Made by a program: the position numbers and the translations under genes
The notes under the pieces: model-generated
Seen by the model: the letters and a program-made list of their open reading frames with translations, nothing else
Databases searched by the model: none
Told to the model about the DNA's origin: nothing
Source: Myxococcota bacterium
Lineage (GTDB): Bacteria > Myxococcota_A > UBA9160 > UBA4427
DNA: 64,000 bases
Reading direction: 5' to 3'
Assembly (NCBI GenBank): GCA_965250285.1
Contig: OZ252299.1
Location: forward strand, 672,001 to 736,000
In this document: positions 10,173-19,133 of the stretch, piece by piece
Layout of the letters: each line of letters opens with the position of its first letter
How positions within the stretch are numbered: position 1 is the stretch's first letter

Positions 10173-12062
10173 ATGTCGGGCCAGAAGCCGAGCGATTCTG
10201 GGGCGGGTCGCGAGCCGCGGCCGGGTCGTGACGCACACCGGGCCGAGCCGCGCACGACGTCGCGCGCATCGACGCGAGTCACGTGGCGAACGATCCTGAA
10301 TCTCGGCATCCACCCGCGCGAGATCTCCGTCGGCATCCGGCGCCAGATCAACGTCATCACCGCGACGACCCTTCTCTTCCTGGGTGTGTCCTGTGTGGTC
10401 GGCATCCAGGCCTACGCGATGGGCTTCACCGACGAGCTCGCCCTGCTCGTCGGGTCGTCGCTCGTCGGCGTTGCCAATCTCGAGCTGCTGCGACGCCTGC
10501 GACGCCCGATCCTCGCCGGGCACGTCGCGATCTCGATCCTCTTCGTCCTGATCGGTGTCGCCGCGTACACCGCCGGCGGCTTCTATCACCCGAGCTTCGC
10601 CTGGACGTACATCGTGCCGCTCGCCGCCGCGATGGTCGTCAACATGCGGGGTGCGCTGCTCTGGATGCTCGCCACGATGCTGCTGAGTGCCGGCTACTGG
10701 TCGGCGACCGAATTCGGCCTCGATCTCTCGCTGCCGCTCGAAGAACCCGCGCAGCGAGTCAGCGCCCTCGTCGACCGAATCATGACCATCAGCGCGGTCA
10801 CGATCCTCGGTCTCTGCTTTGGCGTCACGTATCGCCGCGCCCAGGCGCAGCTCGCCGAGGACACCCGCTTTCTGCAGCTCATGGTGTCGGGCGCCATCGC
10901 CGCGAACCAGTCCCCGTCGCTGTCCGACGCGATGGCCGAGGCGGCGGATCGAATTCGCGAGGTGCTCAACTGGCAGCGCAGCGAGGTGATCGAGATCGAG
11001 CAGGGCGCCGTCGCACCGCTGGTGCATTGGCGCTCGGCCGAGGATGACTTCGAGCTGCCGCCCACCGTCGCCGAGGCCAGCGACCGCGCGCTCGCGCTCG
11101 CCATGTCGACGGCACAGACCCAGATCGAGACGGTCGAGGTCGGCGAGCGGCCGAGCGCCTGGTCGCTCTCGACGGTGCCGACCTATCTGGCCGTCGTCGT
11201 GCCGGTGAGGTCTGGCGGACGCGTCTGGGGGGCGATCCGCTTCGTCGGCGCGCAGCGTGCGCTCGAGGTCGAGAACGACGTGCTGGTCAACATCTTCGCG
11301 CACGTGTCGGCCCAGCTCGCTCAAGTCGCGCGGCGCACCGAGCTCGAGTCCCGCATTCGACAGGAACAGAAGATGGCCGCGGTCGGCAACCTCGCGGCCG
11401 GCATGGCGCACGAGATCAACAACCCGATGGCGTTCGTGCGCAGCAACCTTCATGTGCTGCGCGAGGATCTCAACTCGGCGAAGTCGGTGCACGACCTCGA
11501 TCTCGCCGAGTGCCAGGCGGTCGTCGAGGAGTCGCTCGAGGGCGTCGAGCGTGCCGTCGGGATCGTGCGCGACGTCGTCGCTTTCTCTCGCGAGGGCGGC
11601 GTCGACCCGACATCGTGGGTCGAGACCTCGCTGGATGCGCTCGTCGCCGACTCGGTGCGCGTGGCCACCGCCGACGCGCGCAGTCGCGCGAACGTCGACG
11701 TCGACTGCCGCTCTGAGGCGATGCTCGTTTGCGCGCCGAACGCCGTGCGCCAGGTTTGCGTCAATCTGATCATCAACGCGCTGCACTCGGCGGGACCGGA
11801 CGGCGAGGTGCGCGTCGCCACCCGCGCCGAGGCCGAGGCGCTCGTGATCAGCGTCGACGACGACGGCCCGGGCGTGCCCGACGCCGATCGCGAACGCATC
11901 TTCGAGCCGTTCTTCACCACGAAGGACGTCGGCAGCGGCACGGGTCTGGGCCTCAGCATCTCGTTCGAGATCGTGGCCAGCCACGGCGGCGACCTGAGCG
12001 TGAGCGATTCGCGCCTCGGTGGGGCGCGCTTCGAGGTGCGGCTGCCGACCGAAGCCGCGTAG
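10173..12062 (+). CDS. Membrane sensor histidine kinase (multi-TM + GAF-like + HisKA + HATPase)
   Basis: H-box AHEINNP; N-box NLIINA; DDGPG, FFTTK and GTGLGL; about 6 TM segments. Confidence 0.92.
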   Translation: MSGQKPSDSGAGREPRPGRDAHRAEPRTTSRASTRVTWRTILNLGIHPREISVGIRRQINVITATTLLFLGVSCVVGIQAYAMGFTDELALLVGSSLVGVANLELLRRLRRPILAGHVAISILFVLIGVAAYTAGGFYHPSFAWTYIVPLAAAMVVNMRGALLWMLATMLLSAGYWSATEFGLDLSLPLEEPAQRVSALVDRIMTISAVTILGLCFGVTYRRAQAQLAEDTRFLQLMVSGAIAANQSPSLSDAMAEAADRIREVLNWQRSEVIEIEQGAVAPLVHWRSAEDDFELPPTVAEASDRALALAMSTAQTQIETVEVGERPSAWSLSTVPTYLAVVVPVRSGGRVWGAIRFVGAQRALEVENDVLVNIFAHVSAQLAQVARRTELESRIRQEQKMAAVGNLAAGMAHEINNPMAFVRSNLHVLREDLNSAKSVHDLDLAECQAVVEESLEGVERAVGIVRDVVAFSREGGVDPTSWVETSLDALVADSVRVATADARSRANVDVDCRSEAMLVCAPNAVRQVCVNLIINALHSAGPDGEVRVATRAEAEALVISVDDDGPGVPDADRERIFEPFFTTKDVGSGTGLGLSISFEIVASHGGDLSVSDSRLGGARFEVRLPTEAA

Positions 12063-12084
12063 CCCGCGCCCGAGTCGCTCGACC

Positions 12085-12990
12085 TCAGTAGCGACGTCTC
12101 AGCTCGGCCAGAGAGTCGACGCCCGGCAGGATGAACGTCACGACGACGCCCACGTTGTAGAAGTTGGTCTGGTCGATGGTGTCGGGTCCGAGGATGGGGT
12201 CGTTGTCGAAGCGCGTGCGCTCGCGGGCGTAGCCAAGCCAGGCGGACAGCGCGACGTGCCGCTTCTCGCCCAGCGGCGGCAGCACGCTCGTCGACAAGAG
12301 AACCTGGCCTGCGTCGAGCTTCGACGTGAAGAACCGACTCGCGATCGCATCGTCACCGGTCGAGCTGCGGTGCCCATAGCGGCCCGACAGCCCGATTGAG
12401 AGCCCATCCCGGGCATACCACGTGCTCGACGCGCTCAGCTGCACGCCGTTCGAGTGCCAGTCGAACGCGAGCGGGTTGCTTAGTGAGGTATTGCGGGTCT
12501 GCGTATCCGACCGGAGATAGGCCACGCCCGCATCGACGTCGAAGGCGCCGAGGAAGAGCGCCCCGAAGAGGGCGATCTCCTGCCGGACGTCCACGTCCGT
12601 ATCCGGGGCGAGTCCGAAGGACACGCCATAGCCGAGGCCGAACGAGGATCGCTCTGAATCGCGTTGAAACGCCGAGATCGACGTGCCGACGCGACCCGTG
12701 TACGGCCCGTCGATCGTCGGAGCGAAAGCCGTGTCGAGCTTCGATCGCGTCGCCGTCCCCCCGACCGCGAGCCGCACACCCAGAGACGAGGCGACGGGAA
12801 AGACGAGCGATGCATTCCCTCCGACGCTTTGGTCGACGATGCGGGGCTGCGACCGCCAGCCGCCTCGCGAGGTGGTGGCGAACTCGTAGAACGGCGCAGC
12901 GAGCCTGAAGCCGGTCGATTCGACGGCCTCGTTCGCGCTCGAAGCGTGTGCGATCGCCAGCAGCAGGGTGGCCACGATCGTGGCTCTCAA
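12085..12990 (-). CDS. Secreted hypothetical protein, probable outer-membrane beta-barrel
   Basis: Signal peptide (MRATIVATLLLAIAHASSA); many alternating-hydrophobic strands with terminal aromatics. Confidence 0.55.
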   Translation of the reverse strand: MRATIVATLLLAIAHASSANEAVESTGFRLAAPFYEFATTSRGGWRSQPRIVDQSVGGNASLVFPVASSLGVRLAVGGTATRSKLDTAFAPTIDGPYTGRVGTSISAFQRDSERSSFGLGYGVSFGLAPDTDVDVRQEIALFGALFLGAFDVDAGVAYLRSDTQTRNTSLSNPLAFDWHSNGVQLSASSTWYARDGLSIGLSGRYGHRSSTGDDAIASRFFTSKLDAGQVLLSTSVLPPLGEKRHVALSAWLGYARERTRFDNDPILGPDTIDQTNFYNVGVVVTFILPGVDSLAELRRRY

Positions 12991-13228
12991 GGTCGACTCC
13001 TACGGCGCTCGAGGGCGACGGCGCAGGGCGAAGGCGCGGGTGCCGCGGCTCGAAGCCTAGCGCGCCGATCGCAGGAAACCGGACGCCGATCATACACCCC
13101 GGACAGGGCACTCGGACCGCTTCATCGCGGGGCTCGCATGCGTCTGGTTCGACCTATCAGACGATGGCGTGGCGTCGATGTTCGACAGGCGGATCGCCGC
13201 GCCCAGGGGCCCGCGCGGGCGTCAGGCT

Positions 13229-14779
13229 CTACGGCAGCGCGTCGAAGAATCGGTCGAGCTGCGCACGTCGGCCGGGTTCGAGGTAGGAGAAGTTCACGCC
13301 CCGATCGGTGAACTCGCGGTACTGCGAGTGGGTCTCGTGCATCAGCTCGTCGCGAATCGCGCGCAGGCGCTCGGGTGCATCGCTCGCCACGGTGTCGGCG
13401 ATACGACGCGCACGCGCCTCGTCGCCGCGCTCGAGAAAGAAAGTCGCGATGCGAATCTGAGCGCGACGTACGCCGACCGTCGGTGCGGCGGGCCCGGCGC
13501 CTCCGTCGCGTTCTTCGATCTCGAGTAGCAGCGCGAGCAGGCCATCGAGCTCGTCGCGCCCTTCGCTCGCGGCCCGCTCGATCAAGAGGCCGAGGTCGTA
13601 GGCGACGACCTCGAGCAGGAAGGGCTGGCCCGTCTCGTGCCCGAGGCGACCGTAGAAGCGCAGATGCCCGCCGATCGCGAGCACGTCGTCGCCTGCGCCG
13701 GCCTCCATGCGCGTCTCCCCCAGCATCCGGTAGTGATTCAGCACGTAGTAGGCCGTACGCAGATCGCGCTCGTTGATGGCGGCGCGCATGAAGCTGTTGA
13801 AGAACTGCAGCGTCAAGGGCAGCGGCAGCGCGCCCACCGCGCCGAGCCTGCGCGTATGGATCGCGATCAGGCTGGCGACGTCGCGCGCGCGGCCGAGGCT
13901 CTCCGTGTAGATCGCGTGGTACTGACGCATCACCTTGGCTTCGAGCCACGATCGGTTCGACTCGATCGTACGCAGCGCCGACTCGTCCATCGCCACGAAA
14001 TCGGGGTCGTGGGCGAGGCTCTGCGAGATCGAGAACCAGGCATCGGGCAGGTCGCGCTTCACCTGCGCATAGTGCTCGACGAACTCGGAGAGCGCGTCCA
14101 CGGCGGCCATCGCGATGCCGCGATCGGTACCGTCGCGCCCTCCACGCGCGATGTCCTCGAGCTCTTCGGTCGCTTCGATGATCTCGGCCCGGGCGCGGTC
14201 GATGTCGTGGCTGCGGGGCGGCACCAACGCCGCCTCGGCTTGCTGGCGAATCCGATCGATGACCCGCAGCGGCGAGATGAAGCGAAAGAGAAAGCTCAGA
14301 TAAGGCAGCAGCGAGAGCAGACAGAGCGTGATGAGCGCCATGCAGACGACGAGTCCGCCGCTCGGCAGGGGCGCCAGATCGGGCGAAGCCGGCGCCGGCA
14401 GGGTCGACAGCCAGAGGCAGAGGATCGTCGTCACCACGAAGAGCCCGACGATGGCCGCGTTGAGCGGCTCGCGCACGAAGAGCTGTGTGATGCGGTGGGT
14501 GTACCGGTTGGCTGCGAGCTCGACGACGATGGCGACGACGGTGATGAGAATCGCGAGCACGCCGGCGACCACCTCGGCCGCTCCCGCGAGCCGGTCGGCG
14601 GCGATGTCGTGGTCGACGGTCAGCAGATAACTGCGCGGCGCCCAGAGCAGGTCGGCTGAGCCGCCTTCGAGCAGACGTACCAGCACCAGCACCAGCAGCG
14701 AGACGCCGAGCAGCCCGACGACGGCGAGGGCCGCCCGCGAAGCGCTGGGGGCATCGACGGATCGAGCGGGCTGGCTCAC
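13229..14779 (-). CDS. DUF2254-like membrane protein
   Basis: 4 TM with VELAANRYTHRITQLF (DUF2254-type motif), followed by a long helical soluble domain. Confidence 0.65.
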   Translation of the reverse strand: MSQPARSVDAPSASRAALAVVGLLGVSLLVLVLVRLLEGGSADLLWAPRSYLLTVDHDIAADRLAGAAEVVAGVLAILITVVAIVVELAANRYTHRITQLFVREPLNAAIVGLFVVTTILCLWLSTLPAPASPDLAPLPSGGLVVCMALITLCLLSLLPYLSFLFRFISPLRVIDRIRQQAEAALVPPRSHDIDRARAEIIEATEELEDIARGGRDGTDRGIAMAAVDALSEFVEHYAQVKRDLPDAWFSISQSLAHDPDFVAMDESALRTIESNRSWLEAKVMRQYHAIYTESLGRARDVASLIAIHTRRLGAVGALPLPLTLQFFNSFMRAAINERDLRTAYYVLNHYRMLGETRMEAGAGDDVLAIGGHLRFYGRLGHETGQPFLLEVVAYDLGLLIERAASEGRDELDGLLALLLEIEERDGGAGPAAPTVGVRRAQIRIATFFLERGDEARARRIADTVASDAPERLRAIRDELMHETHSQYREFTDRGVNFSYLEPGRRAQLDRFFDALP

Positions 14780-14827
14780 GCGAGGTCACTCCTGTGCGGG
14801 AGCGATCGCGCGCGAGCTCCCCGCCGA

Positions 14828-15724
14828 CTACGGATGATCGAGTGGATCCTCGATCGCGAAGACCAGACGGTAGGCGAAATCCTCTGTGTGCGGTGTCGCC
14901 GCATCGCCGTCTTCGTCGTACCCATCGACACTCAGGACCGCGGCCCCTTCGGTCGCGCCGGTCGCGTACGTGATGCGGGGGAGTCGCCCCGGTCCAGCGT
15001 CGTCATCGCTGGCGAGCTTCTTGTCGGTGTCGTCACGCAGCGTCAGCAGTGCGTCGTTGAACTCGCCGTTCGCATCGTCGTAGAGGCTCGCCGTGACGAC
15101 CGCGCCTTTGATCAGCGGCACCCAGTAGTGGTCGACGTCGCCGGGCGTGAGTGTGCCCGACACCACGACAGCGCCTCGCGGTAGCAGCTGCTTCGGGCGG
15201 ATCAGCTCGTCGCCCGGGTGCGCCCGGTCGTCGTTCTGGCCCGTGTCGTCGCGTTCGGCGAACTCGGGCGCGCGCGTCACGGTGAGGCGGTATTCGAACG
15301 CTTCGCGGTGGCTGCCGTCTCGCTTCTCATCGCCAAAGCCCGTCACGGCGATCGTATGTGTGCCCGTCGTGTCGATCGGCAGTGCGACGCGCGGAGCGAG
15401 GCTGCTTCCGACGTCATCGATCTCGGCGATCGGTTTCTTGTCGTCGTCGGGGCCAAACACGGCGAGGAGCGCGTCGGCGACCTCGCCGCCCGTCTCGTCG
15501 CGCAGGGCCACGGTCACGACGTCGCCGGCGTGCGCCTCGAAGGCGAAATGGTCGACGTCGCTTCGGTCGAGCCACCCCGCGGCGAGCACGGCTTGGTCGA
15601 AGATCGGATGCACCTCGAGGCTCGTGGCCTCGGCGAGCGTATCGTTGGGCTCGCGTTCGCAGACCTGGAAGAGCGCTGTCAGGAGCGTGCCCGAGAGGAT
15701 CAGGAGGAGGGCCGAGAACTTCAT
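14828..15724 (-). CDS. Secreted protein with two PPC-like (pre-peptidase C-terminal) domains
   Basis: Signal peptide; duplicated E.EPND / DVDH[FY] / D.LL.. / DD.G domain; the ATG overlaps the cyclase stop (ATGA). Confidence 0.72.
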   Translation of the reverse strand: MKFSALLLILSGTLLTALFQVCEREPNDTLAEATSLEVHPIFDQAVLAAGWLDRSDVDHFAFEAHAGDVVTVALRDETGGEVADALLAVFGPDDDKKPIAEIDDVGSSLAPRVALPIDTTGTHTIAVTGFGDEKRDGSHREAFEYRLTVTRAPEFAERDDTGQNDDRAHPGDELIRPKQLLPRGAVVVSGTLTPGDVDHYWVPLIKGAVVTASLYDDANGEFNDALLTLRDDTDKKLASDDDAGPGRLPRITYATGATEGAAVLSVDGYDEDGDAATPHTEDFAYRLVFAIEDPLDHP

Positions 15725-18141
15725 ACCGATGTCTCCCTTGAGGCCTGAGCGGCCGGGGTCGCGCGCGGCCGAGCATGGACGTCGATGTCTCCATGCCGTC
15801 CACGGATGGGGACGTCCGAATGGAGCTCGAAGTCGGACATCCATTCGTGAGCGCGTGCATGCGTGGCTTCGTCGACGACGATCGTGGCTTCGAGATCACG
15901 AGACAGGGCCTGCAGGCGGGCGGCCAGGTTCGTCGTGTCGCCGAGCACACCCCAGATCGTGCGGTCGATCGAGCGGATGGGCCCGGCATACGCGCGACCC
16001 GTCGCGATGCCGATCCCCAGATCGACGGGTTCGCTGCCGGGGTCGCCCTCGTCGATGGGCAAGCCGCGCACGTGCGACACGATGTCGTGCGCCGCCTCGA
16101 CGGCCGCGCGTTCCTTGTGCGGGAGCGCGTCGGGCGCGCCGAACACCGCCATCAGACCGTCGCCCTGGAAGTCGACGACCGTCCCCCCGCGTGCGTCGAC
16201 GAGCGCAGAGACGCGCTCGGTGTACCGGCTCACGAGGGTGAAGGTTCGCTCGGGCCCATATCGTTGCGACAGGCGCGTGTAGCCTCGAAGGTCGACGAAG
16301 AGCACGCTCACATCGCATTCACCGGCCGGGATGTCGGCGCGCCGAGCGAGCCGGTCGGCCACGGCCGACGGGACGTAGCCGCGAAGCAGGCGCACCATCT
16401 CGCGCTCTTCGCGGTGTACCTCTTCGAGGTCGAAGCGGCGTAGCTCGTCCGTCACCTTGTCGGCGATGCTCTGCAGCAGCGCGAGCTCGGTCGCGCCGTA
16501 CCGTGCGCCCGACGCCTTCTCCCCCAGACACAGCACGCCTTCGACGAAGTCTTCGCCGAGGATCGGCAGCAGCAGCTCGGCCCCCATCGATTCGAGCGCA
16601 GCCCGGTCGCCCTCGGCGCCGAGCTCGTCGGCCAGCCGCGCCTCGACCGTGCTCATGTCGATCACACGGGGGTCCTCGGTGAGAATGTGAGCGAGGGCGC
16701 CCTCGACCGCGAAGGTCGGTGCGATCGCGTGCCCCCGGTCGTAGAGGGGCGCGAAGACTTCGTTGGCCCGGCCGTACACGACGACGCTCGAGAGCTTCAG
16801 CCGACGCGAGAGGCCGCGCCCGAGGGCTTCGAACAGCTCGCTGGGCTTCTCGCAGTGGGCGAGGTCACGACGCAGGTCGTCGGCGCCGGCTTCGAGGGCT
16901 GCCTGGTCGGGAAACAGTCGCTGTTCGACCCACGGTCGGACGCGACGATGCAGCGCGACGAGCGCGCCCGCGGCCGCGAGGCTGAGCCCCGGGGCGCTCA
17001 CGTCGGGATCGATCCAGGCCGAGCCCGCCTCGGCCAGAGGCGGCACCGCGAGCATCACGCCCGCGAGCAGCACGGCGCCCAGTCCCGAGAGCATCATGGT
17101 CGTCGTGAGCAGGCGGTCGACGTCGAGCAGATGGTCGAGTTCGATCGCCATGAAGACGCCGACGGGGAGCAGCGCGAGCGAGACGAGCGAAATCTCGTAG
17201 AGGCCCGCCCAGTCGGGGCGAGCGAAGGCCGTGGCACCGGCGAAGACGGGCGGGAGCATCGCGAGCAACGCGCCGAGCACGATCCACTTGATCTGGCGTC
17301 GGCCGATGGGGCCGGTCCTGCGCCAGCGGTCGATCAGCACCAGGGAGAGGGTGAGCAGGAATGCCACCGAGGCTCCGACCGCGACCGGCTGGCCGAAGCG
17401 CGCGGGCAGGGGTCCACCGAACGCCCAGGTCATGGCGCCGAGGCCCATCAATGCGAACACCCATGGCAGGCCGCGCGTGCGTCGGGTCGCCCTTCCGATG
17501 TCTTCCGGGAGCGCGAGCACCGCGCGCAGCGACAACGGACCGGCGAGGCCGACGCCGAGGCCGAACGCCACGATCGCGAACGCGTTTCGCACCGGTGCGT
17601 CGCCGCCGAAGAAGTACGACCAGTGCAGGGCATAGGCACCGGCGGTGAGGAAGAAGAGGCGGGCGGCCGGATGCCGCGCGGCCCGGCGATACGCGAGGGC
17701 GCCGGTCGCCAGAAAGGAGAGGGCCAGCAGCGAGCCCCGCCACGCGTGCGGCACCGGCACGGGCGAGATCTCGACCGATGTCGCCGTGCCCGACGCGCCG
17801 CGCATCCGCTCGACCGACACCCGATCGCCATCGGCGTGCGCTGCCGCCGCGTAGAAGTCGAGCGCCGCCGCGAGTCCGCCGCCGCCCGACTGCGACCGGT
17901 CACCGATCCGGACGATGCGATCCCCGCGCCCGATCGCGCGCCGATCGGCCTCGGCCGCATCGGGCCGGACGAACGCCACGCTCGGGTCGCTGCCCTCACT
18001 GGCGTGCGAGAGCGTGAACGGCAGCCAGGCGAGCTGCCCCGTGGCGATGGCATTCAGATGCAGCACGTAGGCGATCGCGCACACGAGGAGCACGCTCCAG
18101 AAGAGCCAGGCGTCGCGCGATGTCCAGCGGGTGCGGCTCAA
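15721..18141 (-). CDS. Membrane class III nucleotidyl cyclase (PDZ-like + multi-TM + GAF + cyclase)
   Basis: VLFVDLRGYT, FQGDGLMAVFG, GIGIATG and GDTTNLAARLQ; PDZ-like GDRIVRIG; GAF LLLPI...GVLCLGEK. TTG start is inferred. Confidence 0.88.
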   Translation of the reverse strand: MSRTRWTSRDAWLFWSVLLVCAIAYVLHLNAIATGQLAWLPFTLSHASEGSDPSVAFVRPDAAEADRRAIGRGDRIVRIGDRSQSGGGGLAAALDFYAAAAHADGDRVSVERMRGASGTATSVEISPVPVPHAWRGSLLALSFLATGALAYRRAARHPAARLFFLTAGAYALHWSYFFGGDAPVRNAFAIVAFGLGVGLAGPLSLRAVLALPEDIGRATRRTRGLPWVFALMGLGAMTWAFGGPLPARFGQPVAVGASVAFLLTLSLVLIDRWRRTGPIGRRQIKWIVLGALLAMLPPVFAGATAFARPDWAGLYEISLVSLALLPVGVFMAIELDHLLDVDRLLTTTMMLSGLGAVLLAGVMLAVPPLAEAGSAWIDPDVSAPGLSLAAAGALVALHRRVRPWVEQRLFPDQAALEAGADDLRRDLAHCEKPSELFEALGRGLSRRLKLSSVVVYGRANEVFAPLYDRGHAIAPTFAVEGALAHILTEDPRVIDMSTVEARLADELGAEGDRAALESMGAELLLPILGEDFVEGVLCLGEKASGARYGATELALLQSIADKVTDELRRFDLEEVHREEREMVRLLRGYVPSAVADRLARRADIPAGECDVSVLFVDLRGYTRLSQRYGPERTFTLVSRYTERVSALVDARGGTVVDFQGDGLMAVFGAPDALPHKERAAVEAAHDIVSHVRGLPIDEGDPGSEPVDLGIGIATGRAYAGPIRSIDRTIWGVLGDTTNLAARLQALSRDLEATIVVDEATHARAHEWMSDFELHSDVPIRGRHGDIDVHARPRATPAAQASRETSV

Positions 18142-18152
18142 ACGGGTTCGCC

Positions 18153-19133
18153 TCAGGGCGCGTCCGCTGACGAGACGATGCGCAGGGTCACCTTCTGTTT
18201 GCGCACGGTGGCCAACGGATCGTCTTCGTCGCTGCGGTCGACGATGTCGACGGTGTCGACGTACTCGAGGAAGGGCACGGCGCCCGCTTCGAGCCCCAGA
18301 TCTTCGATCAGCGCCTCGGTGACCGCGGGTGGCAGCTGCGCCCACTGGATGCGGATGCCTTCGCCTCCGGCACGGCCGCCGCCGCCCCCACCGGTGCCGC
18401 CGCCCCCGCCACCGCCCCCACCGCCGCCCGAGCCTCCGCCCCCGCCTGCGTCGGGGTTCGCGATGCGCGGCTCGACCGCGGGCTCGCGCCAGCCGACGCT
18501 GCCGGGGAGGCCCGTTGGCACGCAGAAGTCGCGACAGTCGATGACCCGCGATGCGTCGATGTAGTCGCCGAGATCCTTGTACGTCTCGGCGTACGTGTAG
18601 CTCTTGCCGTCGACGGTGAACTCGAGGATCAGCGTGAGCGTCGACTTCGAGAAGTCGGCCGGAAGCAGCTCGAGCACGCAGACGCCGTCGGTCTCATCGG
18701 GCGTCTGGCATTCGGCGTCGCTATTGCACGGCTCGCCACGGAACGGTCCGTCGCTGCACTCGTTGTTCTCGACGTGCGGCACGGTCTCGGTGCTGTCGAA
18801 GCCGCCCGAATCTTTGTCGGAGATGATCGTCAGGAAGCCCCGGATCTCGCGCTCGACGAGCTCGGTCGAGCAGGTCGCCGCGGCGCCCGCGGCGCTGCCG
18901 TCGTTGCAGTCGCCATCGTCGACGCAGGTTCGGCCGTCGAGATCCCCGCCCACGCAGAGGCCGAGGCCGATCGCGGCTTGTCGGGCGTTTGGCCCCGGGG
19001 AGGCCGCGTCGGCCATACCCGCGAGGGCGAAGGCGAACGCGACGACCCCGATCGCCGTGAGCTGTGCGTGGATCAGTCGGGTCGTCGGGGGTGAGAAGCG
19101 AGTCGGAGAGAGATGCCATGCGAGCGTTCTCAT
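18153..19133 (-). CDS. Secreted protein with two Cys-rich modules and a poly-Gly tract
   Basis: Signal peptide ending ADA; CVGGDLDGRTCVDDGDC and CSDGPFRGEPCNSDAEC; ATG overlaps the lnt stop; GAAAGGA upstream. Confidence 0.75.
   Translation of the reverse strand: MRTLAWHLSPTRFSPPTTRLIHAQLTAIGVVAFAFALAGMADAASPGPNARQAAIGLGLCVGGDLDGRTCVDDGDCNDGSAAGAAATCSTELVEREIRGFLTIISDKDSGGFDSTETVPHVENNECSDGPFRGEPCNSDAECQTPDETDGVCVLELLPADFSKSTLTLILEFTVDGKSYTYAETYKDLGDYIDASRVIDCRDFCVPTGLPGSVGWREPAVEPRIANPDAGGGGGSGGGGGGGGGGGTGGGGGGRAGGEGIRIQWAQLPPAVTEALIEDLGLEAGAVPFLEYVDTVDIVDRSDEDDPLATVRKQKVTLRIVSSADAP
18375..18446 (-). repeat. Coding GGN low-complexity tract (about 22 Gly)
   Basis: Encodes GGGGGSGGGGGGGGGGGTGGGGGG. 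Confidence 0.85.

Noticed and set aside
15721..18141. Cyclases as the edema-factor-like A component for the PA-like protein
   Set aside because: Both cyclases in the window are class III and membrane-bound or cytoplasmic; edema factor is a secreted class II enzyme.
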